NCBI RefSeq assembly: GCF_039654945.1
Contig: NW_027361869.1
Span: 7,688,001-7,752,000 of the forward strand
Reading direction: 5' to 3'
Length of the DNA: 64,000 nucleotides
Source of the DNA: Dendrobates tinctorius
Lineage: Eukaryota
Shown: positions 37,701-52,336 of the stretch, piece by piece
Numbering within the stretch: position 1 is the stretch's first letter
How the letters are laid out: each line of letters begins with the position of its first letter
Position numbers and translations under genes: made by a program
The notes under the pieces: generated by a model
What the model saw: only the letters and a program-made list of their open reading frames with translations
Told to the model about the DNA's origin: nothing
Database searches by the model: none

Positions 37701-40700
37701 CGTATTTCCCCTGTCCTCCAACCCCGCCAGTTACAGCTCCGAAGTGGCGTCTGCACAATCCACACTTGTTCCTGTGTTACAGGTGTTCAGTCCGGTCAGT
37801 TAATCCCCTGATGTGTGTCCGGCAATGTCGCCTGCTCTGTCCACATTCCCATAATGGGAATGTGGACAGAGCAGGCGACATTGCCGGACACACATCAGGG
37901 GATTAACTGACCGGACTGAACACCTGTAACACAGGAACAAGTGTGGATTGTGCAGACGCCACTTCGGAGCTGTAACTGGCAGGGTTGGAGGACAGGGGAA
38001 ATACGAGAGACAGTGGAGCCACAGGCCTAATTGGAGCACGGTTAAAAATCAGTAGTGGTACGACTGTGTAGGCAGCAGGAGACTTTGCCATCCACACAGC
38101 AGGGGATCAGCTGACATTACTGAACCCCACTGAGACACGGGAGCAAGTATCTCTTTCCGTGTGGACGGCACTTCCGAACTACAACTGGCTGTGTTGAAGC
38201 CCAGGAAATAGGAGGGTGTAGGCAGAGGCCTACTGTATTTTGAATGAGGTGACAGCAGGAGAGACTGCCATCCACACAGCAGGGGATCAGCTGACGTTAC
38301 TGAACCCCACTGAGACACGGGAGCAAGTATCTCTTTCCGTGTGGACGGCACTTCCGAACTACAACTGGCTGTGTTGAAGCCCAGGAAATAGGAGGGTGTA
38401 GGCAGAGGCCTACTGTCTTTGTAATGCGGAGACAGCAGGAGAGACTGCCATCTCCACAGCAGGGGATCAGCTGGCAATGATGAACCCCACTAACACTTGA
38501 ACGAATGTGTTTGGCTCTGTGGAGACGACACTTCTGAACACCAACTGACGCTGTTGGAGCCCAGGATTAGGCGAGGAGCAGGCTGTGGCCTACTGGATTT
38601 TGGCACGTGAAGGCAGCAGGAGACTTGCCATCTCCACAGCAGGGGAACAGCTGGCAGTGCTGAACCCCACTAACACTCTAACGAAGGTGTTTGGCTCTGT
38701 GGAGACGACACTTCTGAACACCAACTGACGCTGTTGGAGCCCAGGATTAGGCGAGAAGCAGGCTGGGGCCTACTGGATTTTGGCAGGTGAAGGCAGCAGG
38801 AGACTTGCCATCTCCACAGCAGGGGAACAGCTGGCAGTGCTGAACCCCACTAACACTCTAACGAAGGTGTTTGGCTCTGTGGAGACGACACTTCTGAACA
38901 CCAACTGACGCTGTTGGAGCCCAGGATTAGGCGAGGAGCAGGCTGGGGCCTACTGGATTTTGGCAGGTGAAGGCAGCAGGAGACTTGCCATCTCCACAGC
39001 AGGGGAACAGCTGGCAGTGCTGAACCCCACTAACACTCTAACGAAGGTGTTTGGCTCTGTGGAGACGACACTTCTGAACACCAACTGACGCTGTTGGAGC
39101 CCAGGATTAGGCGAGGAGCAGGCTGGGGCCTACTGGATTTTGGCAGGTGAAGGCAGCAGGAGACTTGCCATCTCCACAGCAGGGGAACAGCTGGCAGTGC
39201 TGAACCCCTCTAACACTCTAACGAAGGTGTTTGGCTCTGTGGAGACGACACTTCTGAACACCAACTGACGCTGTTGGAGCCCAGGATTAGGCGAGGAGCA
39301 GGCTGGGGCCTACTGGATTTTGGCAGGTGAAGGCAGCAGGAGACTTGCCATCTCCACAGCAGGGGAACAGCTGGCAGTGCTGAACCCCACTAACACTCTA
39401 ACGAATGTGTTTGGCTCTGTGGAGACGACACTTCTGAACACCAACTGACGCTGTTGGAGCCCAGGATTAGGCGAGGAGCAGGCTGGGGCCTACTGGATTT
39501 TGGCAGGTGAAGGCAGCAGGAGACTTGCCATCTCCACAGCAGGGGAACAGCTGGCAGTGCTGAACCCCACTAACACTCTAACGAAGGTGTTTGGCTCTGT
39601 GGAGACGACACTTCTGAACACCAACTGACGCTGTTGGAGCCCAGGATTAGGCGAGGAGCAGGCTGGGGCCTACTGGATTTTGGCAGGTGAAGGCAGCAGG
39701 AGACTTGCCATCTCCACAGCAGGGGAACAGCTGGCAGTGCTGAACCCCACTAACACTCTAACGAATGTGTTTGGCTCTGTGGAGACGACACTTCTGAACA
39801 CCAACTGACGCTGTTGGAGCCCAGGATTAGGCGAGGAGCAGGCTGTGGCCTACTGGATTTTGGCACGTGAAGGCAGCAGGAGACTTGCCATCTCCACAGC
39901 AGGGGAACAGCTGGCAGTGCTGAACCCCACTAACACTCTAACGAAGGTGTTTGGCTCTGTGGAGACGACACTTCTGAACACCAACTGACGCTGTTGGAGC
40001 CCAGGGTTAGGCGAGGAGCAGGCTGGGGCCTACTGGATTTTGGCAGGTGAAGGCAGCAGGAGACTTGCCATCTCCACAGCAGGGGAACAGCTGGCAGTGC
40101 TGAACCCCACTAACACTCTAACGAAGGTGTTTGGCTCTGTGGAGACGACACTTCTGAACACCAACTGACGCTGTTGGAGCCCAGGATTAGGCGAGGAGCA
40201 GGCTGGGGCCTACTGGATTTTGGCAGGTGAAGGCAGCAGGAGACTTGCCATCTCCACAGCAGGGGAACAGCTGGCAGTGCTGAACCCCACTAACACTCTA
40301 ACGAATGTGTTTGGCTCTGTGGAGACGACACTTCTGAACACCAACTGAAGCTGTTGGAGCCCAGGATTACGCATGCCGCATGCAGAGGCCAATGGGCAGT
40401 GGTTTTTATGGAGGTTGTGGACTACTACTGATTCTAACCATGCTCCACTTAGGCCTCTGGCTCCACTGTCTCTACTATTTACCCTGGCCTCCAACCCCGC
40501 CAGCTACATCTCTGAAGTGGCGTCAGCACAATCTACACTTGTTCCTGTGTTACTGGTGCTCAGTCCCGTCAGTTGATCCCCTGATGTTTGTCCGGCAAGT
40601 TCGCCAGCTCTGTCCTCATTCCCACTACTGGTTATGGGAATGTGGACAGAGCAGGAGACCTTGCTGGACACACATCAGGGGATAAACTGATGGGACTGAG

Positions 40701-43700
40701 CCACAGGAACACAGGAACAAGTGTAGATTGTGCTGACGCCACTTCAGAGATGTAGATGGCGGGGTTGGAGGTCAGGGGAAATAGTAGAGACAGTGGAGCC
40801 AGAGACCTAAGTTGGGCACGGTTAAAAATCAGTAGTGGTTTGAATGTTGATGGAGCTGGTGACTTTGCTGTCCACACAGCAGGGGATCAGCTGGCATTAC
40901 TGAACCCCACTAACACAGGAGCTAGTGTGTTTCTCTGTGCAGACGACACATCTGAGCGACAACTGGCTGTGTTGAAGCAAAGGGATTATAGTTCAGGTGG
41001 TAGAAAAATGAACACACCAGCAGACCTGGATACAGTTGCCAACCACTAATTTAGTCTGTAAGAGGAATGGCAAAGTCTTTGGAGATCCAGGCCTTGTTCA
41101 TTTTCAGAAAAGTCAGCCGGTCAACATTATCGGAAGATAGTCGCGTGCGACGGTCTGTTAGTACACCACCTGCGGCACTAAAGACACATTCCGATAATAC
41201 ACTGGCAGCAGGGCAAGCCAGCACCTCCAATGCATACTGGCTAAGCTCTGGCCATGTATCCAGCTTAGAGACCCAAAACTTGAAGGGGGAAGAGCCATCT
41301 GGGAGTACAGCGACAGGGCAAGACATGTAGTCTGACACCATCTGACGGAAGCGTTGCCTCCTGCTGACTCGAGGCGTCGCTGATGGTGTAGACAATTGTG
41401 GTGGACACACAAAACTTTGCCACATTTGGGCCATAGTGGTCTTGCCTTGTGCTGCGGCGCTGCCTCTGCTCCCTCTTTGTGCAGAGTTTCCTCCACTGCC
41501 TCGACGCACAGAGCTGCTTTGTAAAGCACTAGCAACAATGCTGTCGGGTGGAATGGAAAACATTATGGACTGCACCAGTGACTCTTCGTACTCCCGCATT
41601 TTACGCTCCCGGTTCAACGTTGGTATGAGCCTTTGTACGCTGTCCCGGTAGCGAGGATCTTGGAGGGTGTACACCCAATAATCAGCCGAGACGAGAATGT
41701 GGGCGATGCGGCGGTCGTTTCTCAGGCACTGCAGCATGAAATCAACCATGTGCTGCAGACTCCCAACTGCCAAAGAACCGCTGTCCCCTGTTTGAGGCGT
41801 GACCTCGGCCTGCTCTGCATCACCCCACCCTCGCTGTACATACTGAGTAGAGGTTTGTGTACCTCCCTCCTCTGGAGAGATGTCTTCCTCCTCCATCGAC
41901 TCCTCCTCATCCTCCTCACAAAGTGTCCCCTGCCTAGGCCTTTGTGAGGAAACACGTAGCGCAGACTGTCCAGAAGCAGATGGCATTTGGGACTCCTCAT
42001 CCTCCACCTCTTCTGAAACCTCATCCCTTAGTGCTTGCAGTGTTTGTTGAAGCAGGCAGATAAGGGGGACAGTCATGCTGACTAGTGCATCATCTGCACT
42101 CGCCATCCGCGTGGATTCATCGAAGGCACGCAAAACGAGGCAGATGTCCTTCATAGAGGCCCACTCAATGGTGCTGAAGTGTGAACGGCGCACAGTGCGA
42201 CTTGTTTGCGCCTGATGCAGCTGGTACTCCATGACTGCTGCCTGCTGCTCACACAACCGCTCCAACATATGTAACGTTGAATTCCACCGGGTGGGTAGGT
42301 CACATATGATGCGATGTTCCGGAAGGCCAAATCGTCGCTGCAGAGCAGCGAGGCGCGATCTTGCCGTGCTGGAACGTCGCAAGTGAGCGCACTCTATGCG
42401 GACCTTGTGCAACAGTGCAGCAAGATCCGGATAGTCCCTCAGAAAGCTCTGCACGACCAAGTTAAGAACATGTGCCAGACATGGGATGTGTGTGAGGTTG
42501 CCTAGGCCAAGAGCTGCCACCAGATTTCGGCCATTGTCACACACTACCAAGCCCGGCTGGAAATTCGCTGGCCCAAACCACACATCGCTCTCCAGCTTGA
42601 TAGCATTCCAGAGCTCCTGCGCTGTGTGGCTTCGATTCCCCAAAGAAATTAATTTGAGTACAGCCTGTTGACGTTTGGCCACGGCTGTGCTCATATCGGT
42701 CGTAACAGGCTCCTGCTCTGCTGTTTCTGAGGAACTTGAGTAGGAGGAGGAGTCTATGTGTACAGACTGGAGTCCTGCAATCCGTGGCGTTGGAAGAACA
42801 CGTACAGCTCCACTCTCCAGATCTGTACCCGGCTCCACAACATTGACCCAGTGGGCAGTGAGGGAAAGGTATCGTCCCTGTCCATGGTTACTGGTCCACG
42901 CATCGGTGGTCAGGTGGACCTTGCTACTAACGGCGTTTAGTAGCGCATGTTTTATTTTGCCCTCAACATGTTTCTGCAGGGCAGGGACGGCTCGCCTGCT
43001 GAAATAAAAGCGGCTGGGCACGTTGTATTGGGGGACTGCCAATGCCATTAAGTCCCGGAAGGTGTCAGTGTCCACCAGCCTGAATGACAGCATTTCAACT
43101 GCCAGAAGTTTGGCAATGCCAGCATTCAGAGACTGTGCTCGGGGATGGTTTGCCGAGTAAGGGCGCCTTTTATCCCATGCCTGTGCTACCGATGGCTGTG
43201 ATGGATGGGAACGTGCTGCTATGGGTGTAATCTGACAGGGTCTCCGGACAACAGTGGCAGAGGTTCTTCCTTGGCGATCCTGTGAGGAAGCCGAACCAGC
43301 AGTGTGTGAGCTGGAGGAAGAGGGCCCAACACGAACTGAAGAGGTGGTAGGTGGTGCTGTACGTTGGCCTACGTCTTCAGGGTGTCTCTGCAACTCCAAC
43401 TCGTGCTTGGTGCGCACATGTTTCCACATATTTGTGGTATTGAGGTTGCTGACATTTCTCCCTCTTTTGACTCTCTGATGACACAGCTTGCATTTGACAA
43501 AGCAAATGTCATCTGCAACTGTGTCAAAAAAGGACCACGCACTGCAACTCTTGTGAGCGCCCGGTTTGCCTTTGGAAGGAGGAATGCTCCTAACGGGTGC
43601 CGAAGTGGAGGGTACAGGCAACCAAGTCTTCCCCCTCCCTCTGCCTCCTGTTTTGGCCGGTAGGGGAATCTCTTCCTCCGAGCTGCTCCCACCACCTTCC

Positions 43701-45930
43701 TGTTGCTCACGCCATGATGGGTCAAGGACCTCATCATCTTCCCTCCCCTCTTCAAACAGCTGCTTCTCCGGGGTTGTCTCGCCAGCACCGTACGCACCAG
43801 AAAGTGGCAACTGAGTCTCGTCATCATCTGATGCGTACTGAGGTGTGCTGACCATAGGCACTGGCCCACTCGCCTCTTCAGATTCAGAGGGACAAAGAAG
43901 TTGCGCATCACTGCATACTCCCTCTTCTTCACATTCAGGAATGCTGCTTGGCTGGCCCCCTCTTTCCAAGCCAACAGATTCCGAGAACAGAAGTAGAGAC
44001 TGTGATGGCTCCTGTCCATGTCTCTCTGACTGCCTGGGCACTTTGGCAGGTGGTGAAGAGACAGATGGTTGCTCTTCGGTGCTCTGACCCTGAGAGGATG
44101 CGGAATTAATTGAAGTCGATGCGTTAGCTGCCATCCATCCGACAACGGCTTCAATTTGTTCCTCCCGCAGCAGTGGGGTACGTTGAGGTCCTACAAAGCT
44201 GCGCATAAAGGACTGTTGCCTGCTAAAACTGGGGGATGCTGATCCACTGGTGCCCGCAGCAGGCCCAGAATCCCCACGTCCTCTACCTGTAGAATCCCCA
44301 CGTCCTCTCCCTGCAGAATCCCCACGTCCTCTCCCTGCTGAAACTCCACGCCCACGCCCACGCGCCTTACACCCTGCCTTCTTCATCTTGCAAGACTGCT
44401 TAAGATAGGCAAAAAAGTACAAAGGGGGGCCTTAGTGTGCTTATTCCTGAACAGCTGGTTACAGGTACAAGAAACACTAATTTTATGAAGTGTGTGTGTG
44501 TGTGGACTAGACTTTAATAGGAGCTGATGTGGCCTACACAAGTTCAAAATGTAGTGTTTGGTGAACTTTTTTTGTGGTTTCTTTGTTGGAAACAAACTCA
44601 AAGTATGTGAACAAAGAATTGAAACTGATAGTATCACCAACTTTTTGGAGCTATTACAATGCAGGCAGGTAACCTACAATGCAAAAGATGAGGCTCCAAA
44701 AAAATTGGGTAATACTAATCTGGCTGCGCCGGCAGGGCACAAGCCAGAAAAAAAGGCTCCTCTATCTACTCCTATATAGTGTTTGCAACCAACCAATGTT
44801 GATGGATACGGATGGATGCACACTAATAGGAGAAGAAAAAATGAGCTGCACTCAAAGACAAATATGTGTGAGGCAGTGACGCACGTTGAGCGTCCTACAA
44901 CCAGACGTAGCTGCAGGACACTCTACTCAGCGTGAGCTGCACTCACACACAGTCAGAGGCCTCTCAGACAGCCGTCAACAGTGCAGCTAAGTGGGCACTG
45001 GCACTGACAGGCTGCAGAAAGGCTCCGCTGTGTACTCCTTTATAGTGTTTGCAACCACCGTAGATGGAGACGGATGGATGCACACTAATAGAAGAAAAAA
45101 TGAGCTGCACTCAAATAAAAATATGTGTGAGGCACTGACGCACGCTGAGCGTCCTACAGCCAGACGTAGCTGCAGGACACACTACTCAGCGTGAGCTGCA
45201 CTCACACACAGTCAGAGACCTCTCAGACAGCCGTGAACAGTGCAGCTAAGTGGACACTAGCACTGAAAGGCTGCAGAAAGGCTCCGCTGTCTACTACTAG
45301 TGTTTGCAACCAACGTATATGGATACGGATGGAAGCACACTAGATTGAAATTATGTAAAAAATGCAGCTCAAAAAATAAAAGATGTATGAGGCAGCAGTG
45401 ATCACACTGGGTGGCCTACAGCCTGACGTGGCTGCAGGACCCACTCCACAGCGTGAGCTGCACTCACACAGCCCTTGCAGACAGCTGTGAACACTGCTGC
45501 TAGGGCAAAGAAGGCTACAGTGGTGGTTTATGTAGCCTGGGTAAAGCACTAGATGTTTGGTGGAATCGCTATTTCTAACTGTCCCTCACAGTCTTCTACA
45601 GCAGCCTGTCCCTAACTGAATTCACAGCAGAGTGACCAGAAATGGCGGCTGCGGTGGCTTTTATAGTGCATCATGACATCATTTCGGCAGCCAATCACAG
45701 CCATGCCAATAGTTAACATGCCTACATGCCTAACAGGATGTGCCCACACTTCGGAGGATTCCCATTGGCTTAATCAAAGCAAGCAGGCTCATAGCATGAT
45801 GGGAACTTCCTATTCCGATTCCGATTCCGGAATCCGATATGACAAAAGTATCGGAATTAAGTATCGGAATTCCGATACCGCTAATATCGGCCGATACCCG
45901 ATACTTGCGGTATCGGAATGCTCAACACTA
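34719..45930 (-). mobile_element. hAT transposon, copy 2
   Basis: TIRs and TSD ATGATCAG at 34711-34718 and 45931-45938; internal arrays at 35801-37090 and 38073-40368; palindromes at 37644-38062 and 40424-40836. Confidence 0.95.
41051..44422 (-). CDS. hAT transposase, copy 2
   Basis: Identical 1123-aa translation. Confidence 0.93.
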   Translation of the reverse strand: MYFFAYLKQSCKMKKAGCKARGRGRGVSAGRGRGDSAGRGRGDSTGRGRGDSGPAAGTSGSASPSFSRQQSFMRSFVGPQRTPLLREEQIEAVVGWMAANASTSINSASSQGQSTEEQPSVSSPPAKVPRQSERHGQEPSQSLLLFSESVGLERGGQPSSIPECEEEGVCSDAQLLCPSESEEASGPVPMVSTPQYASDDDETQLPLSGAYGAGETTPEKQLFEEGREDDEVLDPSWREQQEGGGSSSEEEIPLPAKTGGRGRGKTWLPVPSTSAPVRSIPPSKGKPGAHKSCSAWSFFDTVADDICFVKCKLCHQRVKRGRNVSNLNTTNMWKHVRTKHELELQRHPEDVGQRTAPPTTSSVRVGPSSSSSHTAGSASSQDRQGRTSATVVRRPCQITPIAARSHPSQPSVAQAWDKRRPYSANHPRAQSLNAGIAKLLAVEMLSFRLVDTDTFRDLMALAVPQYNVPSRFYFSRRAVPALQKHVEGKIKHALLNAVSSKVHLTTDAWTSNHGQGRYLSLTAHWVNVVEPGTDLESGAVRVLPTPRIAGLQSVHIDSSSYSSSSETAEQEPVTTDMSTAVAKRQQAVLKLISLGNRSHTAQELWNAIKLESDVWFGPANFQPGLVVCDNGRNLVAALGLGNLTHIPCLAHVLNLVVQSFLRDYPDLAALLHKVRIECAHLRRSSTARSRLAALQRRFGLPEHRIICDLPTRWNSTLHMLERLCEQQAAVMEYQLHQAQTSRTVRRSHFSTIEWASMKDICLVLRAFDESTRMASADDALVSMTVPLICLLQQTLQALRDEVSEEVEDEESQMPSASGQSALRVSSQRPRQGTLCEEDEEESMEEEDISPEEGGTQTSTQYVQRGWGDAEQAEVTPQTGDSGSLAVGSLQHMVDFMLQCLRNDRRIAHILVSADYWVYTLQDPRYRDSVQRLIPTLNRERKMREYEESLVQSIMFSIPPDSIVASALQSSSVRRGSGGNSAQRGSRGSAAAQGKTTMAQMWQSFVCPPQLSTPSATPRVSRRQRFRQMVSDYMSCPVAVLPDGSSPFKFWVSKLDTWPELSQYALEVLACPAASVLSECVFSAAGGVLTDRRTRLSSDNVDRLTFLKMNKAWISKDFAIPLTD

Positions 45931-48900
45931 ATGATCAGTGCAACCACCTTGTCTGTGCACGGCTGTATGATAAGTGCCAACACCTCGTCCCTACAGAGCT
46001 GTATGATTAGTGCCACCAACTTTTCCCTGCAGAGCTCTATGATCAGTACCACCAACTTGTCGCCGCAGAGGTGTATGATCAGTGTCACCACCTTGTCCCA
46101 GCAGAGCTGTAAGATCAGTGCCACTACCTCGTCCCTGCAGGGCTGTATGATCTGTGCCACTACCTCATCCCTGCAAAGCTGTATGATTAGTGCCACCACC
46201 TCGTCACTGCAGAACTGTATGATTAGTGCCACCACCTCGTCACTGCAGAACTGTATGATCAGTGCCACCACCTATTCCCTTCAGAGCTGTGTGATCAGTG
46301 CCACCACCTCCTCCCTGCAGAGCTGTATGATCAGTACCACCACCTTGTCGCCGCAGAGGTGTATGATCAGTGTCACCACCTTATCCCCGCAGAGCTGTAT
46401 GATCAGTGCCACAACCTCATGCCTGCAGAACCGCATGATCAGTGCCTCCAACTTATCCCTAAATAGATATATAATCAGTGCAACCACATTGTCCCCGCAA
46501 AGCTGTATGATCAGTGCCAACACCTCATCCTTGCAGAATTGTATGATCAGTGTCACCACCTCTTCCCTGCAGAGCTGTATGATCAGTGCCACCAACTCCT
46601 CCCTGCTGAGCTGTATGATCAGTGCCACCACCTCCTCCCTGCAGAGCTGTATGATCAGTGCCACCACCTCATCCCTGCAGAGCTGTATGATCAGTGCCAC
46701 AACCTCATCTCTGCAGAACCGCATGATCAGTGCCTCCAACTTATCCCTAAAGAGATATATAATCAATGCAACCACATTGTCCCCGCAAAACTGTATGATC
46801 AGTGCCAACACATCATCCTTGCAGAGCTTTATGATCAGTGTCACCACCTCTTCCCTGCAGAGCTGTATGATCAGTGCCACCAACTCCTCCCTGCAGAGCT
46901 GTATGATCAGTGCCACCATCTTATCCACACAGAGCTGTATGATCAGTGCCACCACCTACTCCCTGCAGATCTGTGTGATCAGTGCCACTACCTCCTCCCC
47001 GCAGAACTGTATGATCAGTGCACCACCTCATCCCTGCAGAGCTGTAAGATCAGTGACACAACCTTGTCCCTACAGAGCCTTATGATCAGTGCCACCGCCT
47101 CCTCCCCACAGAGGTGTATGATCAGTGCAACCACCTCCTCCCTGTAGAGCTGTCTGATCAGTACCACCACCTTGTCCAAGCTGAGCTGTATGTTCAGTGC
47201 CACCACCTTTTCCCTGCAGAGCTGTATGTTCAGCGCCACCACCTCCTCCCTGCAGAGCTGTATGATCAGTACCACCACCTTGTCCCCGCACAGCTGTATG
47301 ATCAGTGCCACAACCTCATCCTTGCAGAACCGCATGATCAGTGCCTCCAACTTATCGCTAAAGAGATTTATAATCAGTGCAACCACATTGTCCCCGCAAA
47401 GCTGTATGATCAGTTCCAACACCTCATCCTTGCAGAGCTGTATGATCAGTGCCACCAACTCCTCCCTGCAGAGCTGTATTATCATTGCCACCATCTTATC
47501 CACACAGAGCTGTATGATCAGTGCCACCACCTGATCCCCGCAGAACTGTATGATCAGTGCCACCACCTCATCCCTGCAGAGCTTTAAGATCAGTGACACA
47601 ACCTTGTACCTGCAGAGCCTTATGATCAGTGCAACCACCTCATCCCTGCAGAGCTGTATCTTCAGTGCCATCACCTCATCCCTGCAGAGGTGTATGATCA
47701 GTGCCACTACCTCATCCCTGCAAGCAAGTATGTACAGTGCCAACACCTCCTCCCTGTAGAGCTGTCTGATCAGTGCCACCACCTTGTCCGCGCTGAGCTG
47801 TATGTTCAGTGCCACCACCGTTTCCCTGCAGAGCTGCTTGTGCAGTGCCACCACCTTTCCATGCAGAGCTGTATGATCAGTACTACCACGTTGTCGCCGC
47901 AGAACTGTATAATCAGTGCCACCACATTGTCACCGCAAAGCTGTATGATCAGTGCCATCAGTTGGTCAGCACAGAGCTGTATGATCAGTACCACCACCTA
48001 GTCCCCGCAGAGCTGTATGATCAGTGCCACCGCCTACTCCTTGCAGAGCTGTAAGATCAGTGCCACCACCTAATCCCTGCAGAGCTATTTGACCAGTGCC
48101 ACCACCTCGTCCCTGCAGAGATGTATGATGAGTGCTACCACCTCATCCCTGCAGACCTGTATGATCAGTGCCACCACATCATCCCTGCAGAGCTTTATGA
48201 TCAGTGCCACCATCTTGTCCCCGCAGAGCTGTATGATCAGTACCACCACCTTGTTGCTGCAGAGGTGTATGATCAGTGTCACCAACTTTTCCCTGCAGAG
48301 CTGTATGATCAGTGCAACCACCTCATCCAGGCACAGCTGTATCTTCAGTGCCACCTCCTCATACCTGCAGAGCTGTATGATCAGTGCCACTACCTCATCC
48401 CTGCAAACCAGTATGTTCAGTGCCACAACCTCCTCCATGTAGAGCTGTCTGATCAGTGCTACCATCTTGTCCGCGCTGAGCTGTATGTTCAGTGCCACCA
48501 CCTTTTACCTGCAGACCTGTATGATCAGTGCCACCACCTTGTCGCCGCAAAGTTGTATGATCAGTGCCACCGCCTACTCCTTGCAGAGCTGTACGATCAG
48601 TGCCACCACCTAATCCCTGCAGAGCTATTTGATCAGTGCCACCACGTCATCCCCTCAGAGCTTTATGATCAGTGCCACCATCTCGTCCCCGCAGAGCTGT
48701 ATGATCAGTGCCACCACCTCCTCCCTGCAGAGCTGTATGATTAGTACCACCACCTCATCCTTGTAGAGCTGTATTATCACTGCCACCACCTTGTCCCCGC
48801 AAAGCTGTAACATAAGTGCCACCACATTGTCCGAGCAGAGCTGCATGATCAGTGCCACCACCTCCTCTCTGCAGAGCTGTATGATAAGTGCCACCACCTG

Positions 48901-49632
48901 GTCCTTGCAGAGCTGTATGATCAGTACCAACACCTTGTCGCCGCAGAGGTGTATGATCAGTGCCACCACCTCCTCTCTGCAGAGCTGTATGATAAGTGCC
49001 ACCACCTGGTCCTTGCAGAGCTGTATGATCAGTACCAACACCTTGTCCCCGCAGAGCTGTATGATCAGTGCCACCACCTTGTCGCCGCAGAGGTGTATTA
49101 TCAGTGTCACCACCTTGTCCCCGCAGAGCTGTATGATCAGTGCCACCTCCTCATTCCTGCAGAGCTGTATGATCAGTGCCACCACCTCCTCCCTGAAAAG
49201 CAGTATGATTAGTGCTACCAACTCGTCACTGCAGAACTTTATGATCAGTGCCACCACACATTCCCTTCAGAGCTGTATGATCAGTGCCACCACCTCCTCT
49301 CTGCAGAGCTGTATGATCAGTACCACCAACTTGTCGCCGCAGAGCTGTATGATCAGTGCCACCACCTGGTCCTTGCAGAGCTGTGTGATCTGTGCCACTA
49401 CCTCATCCCTGCAGAGCTGTATGATCAGTGCCACAACCTCATCCCTGCAGAGCTGCATGATCAGTGCCACCATCTTATCCACACAGAGCTGTATGATCAA
49501 TGCCACCACCTACTCCCTGCAGAGCTGTATGATCAGTGCCACCACCTCGTCCCTGCACACCTGTATCATCAGTGCCACCACATCATCCCTGCAGAGCTTT
49601 ATGATCAGTGCCACCACCTCATCCCTATACAG
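45931..49632 (+). repeat. 36-bp satellite array
   Basis: Copy of 12175-15876. Confidence 0.96.
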
Positions 49633-50539
49633 CTGTGCTCTGTGTAGAAATTGCATTTTGTGTCTTCTCTTTTCTCCCAATATTCCCCTTTTGCACAATA
49701 GTTGGGTCACATAAATCCAGGAATATCTCACAGTTTTCTCCCCGGAGATGCGTCTGGTTGGGGAGTGAGTCGCATTATGAAGCTGCCCCTTATCAGTTCT
49801 CTTCCACCATTACAGGCCTCAGCGGTCACAGCTCCACAATGGGTGAGACCAGATTTTAGCAGGTCATTGCAATCAGCCGCCGATGTGGATCATCTCCTGA
49901 TGTGGAGCATCTGTCACCCCCAATACTCCGCACATACGGGGTACAGGGAGGTCACAGGTCAGGGAGGCGGCAGTCAGCGGAGCCATCGCCTGTGTTACCC
50001 TTCTGGGCTCTCAGCAGCTCCAGGTCGTCCCCACATCGTACAATCAGCGTCCTGTACGATAGACATTGTAGTAAAGATCCCTGTGATGGTGACAGGAGCC
50101 GGGAACAGGAGGAACGAGTTCCCCCAGCAGATGTATCTTCCCGGATACACAGCGATGTGCAGATCTGGAGGACGACGGCGATGATCCCGGGACCTCCTCT
50201 CCGCTCTTCCCCGGCGTCTCTGCTAGTGACAGCTACAGACGGTCGGTGGAGAAGATGGCGAAGAAGAAGCGGCGGAGGAAGCGCGCTCTGCTGTCCGGTG
50301 TCAGCCGGTAAAGGGCTTTTATTCCGGGCAAGGAAGCACAAGGGGAGAGCGGAGCTTCACTCGTTCTCAGCTGGGAAGAGGCGGGGCATGTATGCAGTGT
50401 CAGCCAATAGATGCTCAGGACGGTGTAGCTCAGCAGCCAATCAGTGCACAGTAAGCCTGTACATATAACAGACTCCTCCAGCTCCGGCCTTAGTGTTTTC
50501 CTATCGGGAGATTTTTGTGTTTTGGCTCCGTAGCATAGG

Positions 50540-51157
50540 ATGGCAGAGACCGCGCCAGCCGCCGCTCCCCCTCCCGCAGAACCGGCTGCCAAGTCCAAGA
50601 AGCAGCCAAAGAAATCCGCCGCCAAGAGCAGCAAGAAATCCTCCGGTCCTGGCGTCGCCGAGCTGATCGTGAAAGCCGTGTCAGCCTCTAAGGAGCGCAG
50701 TGGGGTGTCTCTGGCCGCCCTGAAGAAGGCGCTGTCTGCCGGAGGGTACGATGTAGAGAAGAACAACAGCCGCCTGAAGCTGGCCGTCAGGTCTCTGGTC
50801 ACCAAGGGCACCCTCCTCCAGGTGAAGGGCAGCGGCGCCTCCGGGTCCTTCAAACTCAACAAGAAGCAGGAGACTAAAGTGGCCAAGAAGTCAGCAGCCA
50901 AGCCCAAGAAACCCGTTGCTGCTAAGAAAGCCGCCAAATCTCCGAAGAAGCCCAAGAAGGCTCTGACCACGGCCAAGAAGAGCCCGAAAAAGGCCAAGAA
51001 GCCCGCAGCTGCCAAGAAAGCGGCCAAGAGCCCCAAGAAGTCGAAAGCCGCTCCCAAGCCTAAGAAGGCGACGAAGAGTCCGGCTAAAAAGGCGGCCAAA
51101 CCCAAAGCTGCCAAGAGTCCGGCTAAGAAAGCCAAGAAGCCCGCGGACAAGAAATAA
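50540..51157 (+). CDS. H1: Histone H1, copy 2
   Basis: Identical translation; stem-loop 51185-51200 followed by satellite to ~51453. Confidence 0.98.
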   Translation: MAETAPAAAPPPAEPAAKSKKQPKKSAAKSSKKSSGPGVAELIVKAVSASKERSGVSLAALKKALSAGGYDVEKNNSRLKLAVRSLVTKGTLLQVKGSGASGSFKLNKKQETKVAKKSAAKPKKPVAAKKAAKSPKKPKKALTTAKKSPKKAKKPAAAKKAAKSPKKSKAAPKPKKATKSPAKKAAKPKAAKSPAKKAKKPADKK

Positions 51158-51856
51158 GTTGCGGACCCAGTTCTTTTACACAAAGGCTCTTTTCAGAGCC
51201 ACCACCCTGTCCCCGCAGAGCTGTATGATCGGTGCCACCACCCTGTCCTCGTAGAGCTGTATGATCAGTGCCACCACCCTGTCCCCGCAGAGCTGTTTGA
51301 TCTGAGCCACCACCCTGTCCCCACAGAGCTGTATGATCAGTGCCTCCACCTCCTCCCCGCAGAGCTGTATGATCAGTGCCACCACCCTGTCCCCGCAGAG
51401 CTGTATGATCAGTGCCTCCACCTCCTCCCCGCAGAGCTGTATGATCGGTGCCTTCAGGTGACAGTTCTGTGTAATGGAGGGAAGGGGGCCGATGTGCAGC
51501 AGAAATCACGTTACTTCCATCATCCTAATTATCACCACCTGTAACCCACATCTTAGTAAGAGTGGTGTGAGGTTATAACTCCGATGTGAGAGTTGGAGCG
51601 TCAGTGACTGATTATAGAGGAGCTGCTGTACCGCTCTGGGTACTGGGAATATAGAATCGGAGCTTCCGCTGTAGAAGCCGCCTGGAGATTGGATGTGACC
51701 CTGTGTATCAGAGCAGTGGGTGATAGCTGAACTGTGAGTCAGGTTGAGCCTTCTCTGTACAGTGATTGGTCGCGGACATCAAACGCTATTCGCTGCTCAC
51801 ATTCTACAAAATAACCAATGGAATGCAGGGGACGTGTCCTCATGAAGCGTGAATAG

Positions 51857-52336
<480 letters not shown>
